NCBI GenBank assembly: GCA_964549075.1
Contig: CAZJUB010000021.1
Span: 1 to 19,625 of the forward strand
Source: an uncultured archaeon
GTDB lineage: Archaea; Asgardarchaeota; Heimdallarchaeia; Heimdallarchaeales; Heimdallarchaeaceae
DNA length: 19,625 nucleotides
Direction: 5' to 3'
Part shown: positions 16,862 through 19,625 of the stretch, piece after piece
How positions within the stretch are numbered: the stretch's first letter is position 1
Layout: each line of letters starts with the position of its first letter
Made by a program: the position numbers and the translations under genes
The notes under the pieces: model-generated
Database searches by the model: none
Told to the model about the DNA's origin: nothing
The model's input: the letters and a program-made list of their open reading frames with translations, nothing else

Positions 16862-17521
16862 ATGAGCTTTGTTCTAATGAAGGTACTGGAATCAGCACCC
16901 CACAGATATGATAAAGGAATGAAAATTCTTACCTTAGGTAAAATAGGAAAAGTATATGACGCTCTTACAGAGGATATAAAAGAGAATGATACAGTTCTCG
17001 ACATAGGTTGTGGTACTGGATTATTAACTCTCAGAGCTGCTCTAAAAGGTGCTTTAGTCACAGCAATCGATATTAATCCAGAAATGCTTGAGATAGCAAA
17101 AAAAAGGATTAATGAATTAGAAAAAGACACTTCAGTTAGATTCTTGGAAATGGGTGTTGCTGAATTAGATACATTTGAAGAATCTTCTTTTGACATAATC
17201 GTGAGTGGGCTTTGTTTCTCGGAATTGAGTACTGATGAAATAACTTATGCTTTAGATCAGATATCAAGGATTCTCCGAGAAGATGGCCTATTTCTTCTTG
17301 CGGATGAGATTAAAAGCAAATTTTTTCTCAAAAGAATAATAAATTGGTTTATCAGAATACCACTTGTTATAATAAGCTATATACTTACTCAGACTACTTC
17401 AAGAACTTTGAAGAATATAGAGGAACAAGTTACAGCTGCAGGAATGACAATAAAATTTCGGAAATCTAATTTTCTTGAAAATTTTGTTAGTTTAAAAATT
17501 ATTAATGAGGTAAAAAAATGA
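16862..17521 (+). CDS. Class I SAM-dependent methyltransferase, corrinoid-protein-associated (CpaM-like)
   Basis: Motif I VLDIGCGTG, AIDIN, FDIIVS, GLFLLADE; N-terminus MKVLESAPHRYDKG resembles the family found beside HgcAB-like fusions (recall, not searched); ATGA overlap with next gene. Confidence 0.88.
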   Translation: MSFVLMKVLESAPHRYDKGMKILTLGKIGKVYDALTEDIKENDTVLDIGCGTGLLTLRAALKGALVTAIDINPEMLEIAKKRINELEKDTSVRFLEMGVAELDTFEESSFDIIVSGLCFSELSTDEITYALDQISRILREDGLFLLADEIKSKFFLKRIINWFIRIPLVIISYILTQTTSRTLKNIEEQVTAAGMTIKFRKSNFLENFVSLKIINEVKK

Positions 17522-18660
17522 AAATTACATCTTATCTTTATTACATATTTGTTACAATATTAGAAACTCTTTTACGCTTTTTTCCTATTCCAGCAAAAAC
17601 TGGATATCAGAAAATTGGCAATCCCGATAAAGATTCTCCTGTTTTATTAACTTGTAACTTTCATTTAACAATTTTACGACTAAAAAAAGCAACTAGAGGT
17701 TTGAATTATCATCTACTAATAGCTAATAGTAACGGAATCAATGTCTGGTGTGCGTCAACAGGAGGACATCTGAATAACCACTCTGTGATCTCTGTAATAA
17801 AAATAAGTGGAATTGAAAAAAAAGTCAATCATAAAAAGATAATACTTCCTCAATTAGCTGCTCCAGGTATCGAAGCAAAAGTTATATATAAAAAAACTGG
17901 ATGGAAAGTTCTTTGGGGACCTGTAGAAGCAAAAGATATACCTTTATTTTTCAAACTGAATTTTGAAAAAACAAATCAAATGAGAAAAGTAAAGTTTCGA
18001 GTTCTTCAGAGAATTGAAATAGCAGTAATGTGGTTTTTTCTTGCTGCTTTATTTTTAATGCCAATTTGGGGTCCTTTATATGGTGTTGAAGCAGTTTTCA
18101 TGTTAGCTCAAATATTCTTAACATATTTTCTAGTTATGATGTCTTTTCCAATTTATGAGAAAATCTTTCAAAAGGAATCTTCGAAGAAGAAATCTTTTTT
18201 CAGTCTAGGAAATCTAGTTGTATTTTTAATTAATATAATTTATGCAGCGATTGGTGTAGTTCTCTATGCAATAGTCTACAAACACGATTATTCTTGGATT
18301 TTAATTCGTTGGAGTATAGTTTCTTTTGTGTTGGTGTTGATAATAGGCATGGATCTTAAAGGATCAACTCCAATCTATAAAAGTGACACTCATCAAGACA
18401 GATTATATGATGTTGGAATCGATCTTGAGAGATGCAAAGGAACAAGAATATGTATCGATGTTTGTCCTCGTAACTGCTTTGAAATGATAGAGGACCAAAA
18501 TAAAGTTTCTAATCCAAGAAAAGAAAATTGTGTACAATGTGGAGCATGTATTGTTCAATGCCCATTCGACGCCTTATATTTTGTAAATAAAGCAGGCGAT
18601 ATCATTGAACCAGAAACCATACGAACATTTAAACTAAACATGATGGGAAAAAGGAAATAA
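17518..18660 (+). CDS. HgcAB-like fusion: CdhD/HgcA-type corrinoid domain, about 4 TM, ferredoxin
   Basis: GYQKIGNPDKDSPVLLTCNFHLT, GINVWCASTGG (17740-17766), LPQLAAPG, WGPVEAKDIP; TM block; CKGTRICIDVCP and CVQCGACIVQCP; GAGGT SD at 17507-17511. Confidence 0.92.
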   Translation: MKITSYLYYIFVTILETLLRFFPIPAKTGYQKIGNPDKDSPVLLTCNFHLTILRLKKATRGLNYHLLIANSNGINVWCASTGGHLNNHSVISVIKISGIEKKVNHKKIILPQLAAPGIEAKVIYKKTGWKVLWGPVEAKDIPLFFKLNFEKTNQMRKVKFRVLQRIEIAVMWFFLAALFLMPIWGPLYGVEAVFMLAQIFLTYFLVMMSFPIYEKIFQKESSKKKSFFSLGNLVVFLINIIYAAIGVVLYAIVYKHDYSWILIRWSIVSFVLVLIIGMDLKGSTPIYKSDTHQDRLYDVGIDLERCKGTRICIDVCPRNCFEMIEDQNKVSNPRKENCVQCGACIVQCPFDALYFVNKAGDIIEPETIRTFKLNMMGKRK

Positions 18661-18671
18661 AAAGAAAAAAA

Positions 18672-19625
18672 TTATTTCCTTCTTAAATTTGTTAGTATTT
18701 TCGGTGACCAAATTCCTAACAGCATGAATCCGTTAAACTCAGTTTTACTTAAAGAATAAGGGATAAAAGCTGGCTCTAGATCAATAAGATTTATTGGAAC
18801 CAAAGAGAGATAGTCAACTGTTGGTAATGTTATCTTAGACATGTGAGTCGCGTCTACAAAAATACTATTATTTGCAATATTGGTTGTTGTATTTTGCCAC
18901 AGAGCATCACCTGTATTAGGATTAGATTCAAATCTAGGGTAATTTGAACTTGATATATCTACTCTGAATTTGTGCCCTACATTGAATAAATAAGCAGTAC
19001 TATCTAATGGAATAGTGATTTCATATGTCTCGCCAGGAGTAAGAAAGTCCCAGTCAGAAACACTGTTTCTATTTCTTGCTCTGATTATGGTGTCAGTTAC
19101 TAATTCTGAACGATTATCTGGAAATACATCAGTTATTTTAACAGTGAAGTCTGTATCAGTACAATTAGAACTAACATATAACGTCACTTCCATTTGCCCT
19201 ACAACTGTAAGAGGTTCTGTTAAAACATCGGTTGTAAAGCTGAGGACATCATCACGTATCTCTAATGAAGCTTGATCATATATTCCAGCTTGAATAGCCA
19301 AATTCCCACCACCAATTGTATCTACAGGATTATTTGGATCATAGAGATAACTCAAAGAATCTTCTGCAAGAATACTAGATTCTTCCAGTAAGCTGTAATT
19401 TGAATGTAAATATAACTCATATGGGCTAGAGTTAAGTGGCCAAACATCTGATTGATACCAATTGTTTCCTAATTGATCTGGATTAAAAGGTAATGAACTC
19501 ATTAGATAGAATGTCACAATAGGTAGACTATCCCATAATGTAGAATTATTCTTAAGCCATTTGCTGAACAGAGCTTCATTTGCTTTATAAATAAGACTAA
19601 GATCTTGATTAGGAAATGTGAATTC
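18672..19625 (-). CDS. CocE/NonD family hydrolase, C-terminal part (5' end outside window)
   Basis: Frame is open to the window edge (EFTFPNQD...FSKWLK); YDPNNPVDTIGG, DVLSFTT, DTDFTVKITDVFPD, RVDISSSNYPRFESNPNTG are PepX_C/CocE C-terminal motifs. Confidence 0.88.
   Translation of the reverse strand, partial: EFTFPNQDLSLIYKANEALFSKWLKNNSTLWDSLPIVTFYLMSSLPFNPDQLGNNWYQSDVWPLNSSPYELYLHSNYSLLEESSILAEDSLSYLYDPNNPVDTIGGGNLAIQAGIYDQASLEIRDDVLSFTTDVLTEPLTVVGQMEVTLYVSSNCTDTDFTVKITDVFPDNRSELVTDTIIRARNRNSVSDWDFLTPGETYEITIPLDSTAYLFNVGHKFRVDISSSNYPRFESNPNTGDALWQNTTTNIANNSIFVDATHMSKITLPTVDYLSLVPINLIDLEPAFIPYSLSKTEFNGFMLLGIWSPKILTNLRRK

Noticed and set aside
17518-18660. Calling this a bona fide mercury methylation hgcA/hgcB
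   Set aside because: Fused architecture, cap helix NVWCASTGG rather than NVWCA(A/G)GK, and no HgcB C-terminal Cys pair.
1119-19275. Short alternative-frame or antisense ORFs (e.g. 1119-1337, 1682-1942, 3243-3452, 3283-3468, 3500-3682, 4351-4602, 5450-5638, 5906-6316, 8303-8485, 8628-8816, 9570-9770, 10224-10463, 13620-13847, 14721-14924, 16834-17196, 19015-19275)
   Set aside because: All lie mostly inside well-supported genes, lack motifs and have shadow-ORF composition.
1-19625. CRISPR array, tRNA or rRNA
   Set aside because: No regularly spaced repeats and no GC-rich structured segment; all spacers are short and AT-rich.

Overview
Very AT-rich (roughly 30% GC by eye), gene-dense archaeal chromosomal segment. 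TATA-like boxes, AGGTG(A)-type SD sites, several TTG/GTG starts, a 7TM-longin fusion and a small Ras-superfamily GTPase point to an Asgard archaeon, possibly Heimdallarchaeia (inference, no search run). About 20 CDS in order: 5'-truncated Cache-HAMP histidine kinase; small 2-TM protein; M42 (TET) aminopeptidase; nadC and nadA; a divergent NAD-kinase-like/winged-HTH fusion; small GTPase, two orphan proteins and a compact serine recombinase; eIF2B-family protein; alpha/beta hydrolase; DMT/NIPA-like transporter; MTA/SAH deaminase-like amidohydrolase; 7TM-longin protein; AmmeMemoRadiSam radical SAM enzyme; orphan membrane protein; SAM methyltransferase coupled to an HgcAB-like fusion; and the 3' part of a CocE/NonD hydrolase. 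Best leads: (1) the NAD kinase homologue has lost its catalytic Asp (GGDGT->GGTGT), keeps the NAD-binding motifs, carries a wHTH and sits head-to-head with nadAC across a spacer with dyads, suggesting a pseudo-kinase NAD(P)-sensing regulator; (2) a short serine recombinase without zinc ribbon is preceded by a 36-bp dyad with a 2-bp centre; (3) a methyltransferase/HgcAB-like corrinoid-ferredoxin module has a non-canonical cap helix; (4) a receptor-like 7TM-longin fusion. No tRNA, rRNA or CRISPR array seen.
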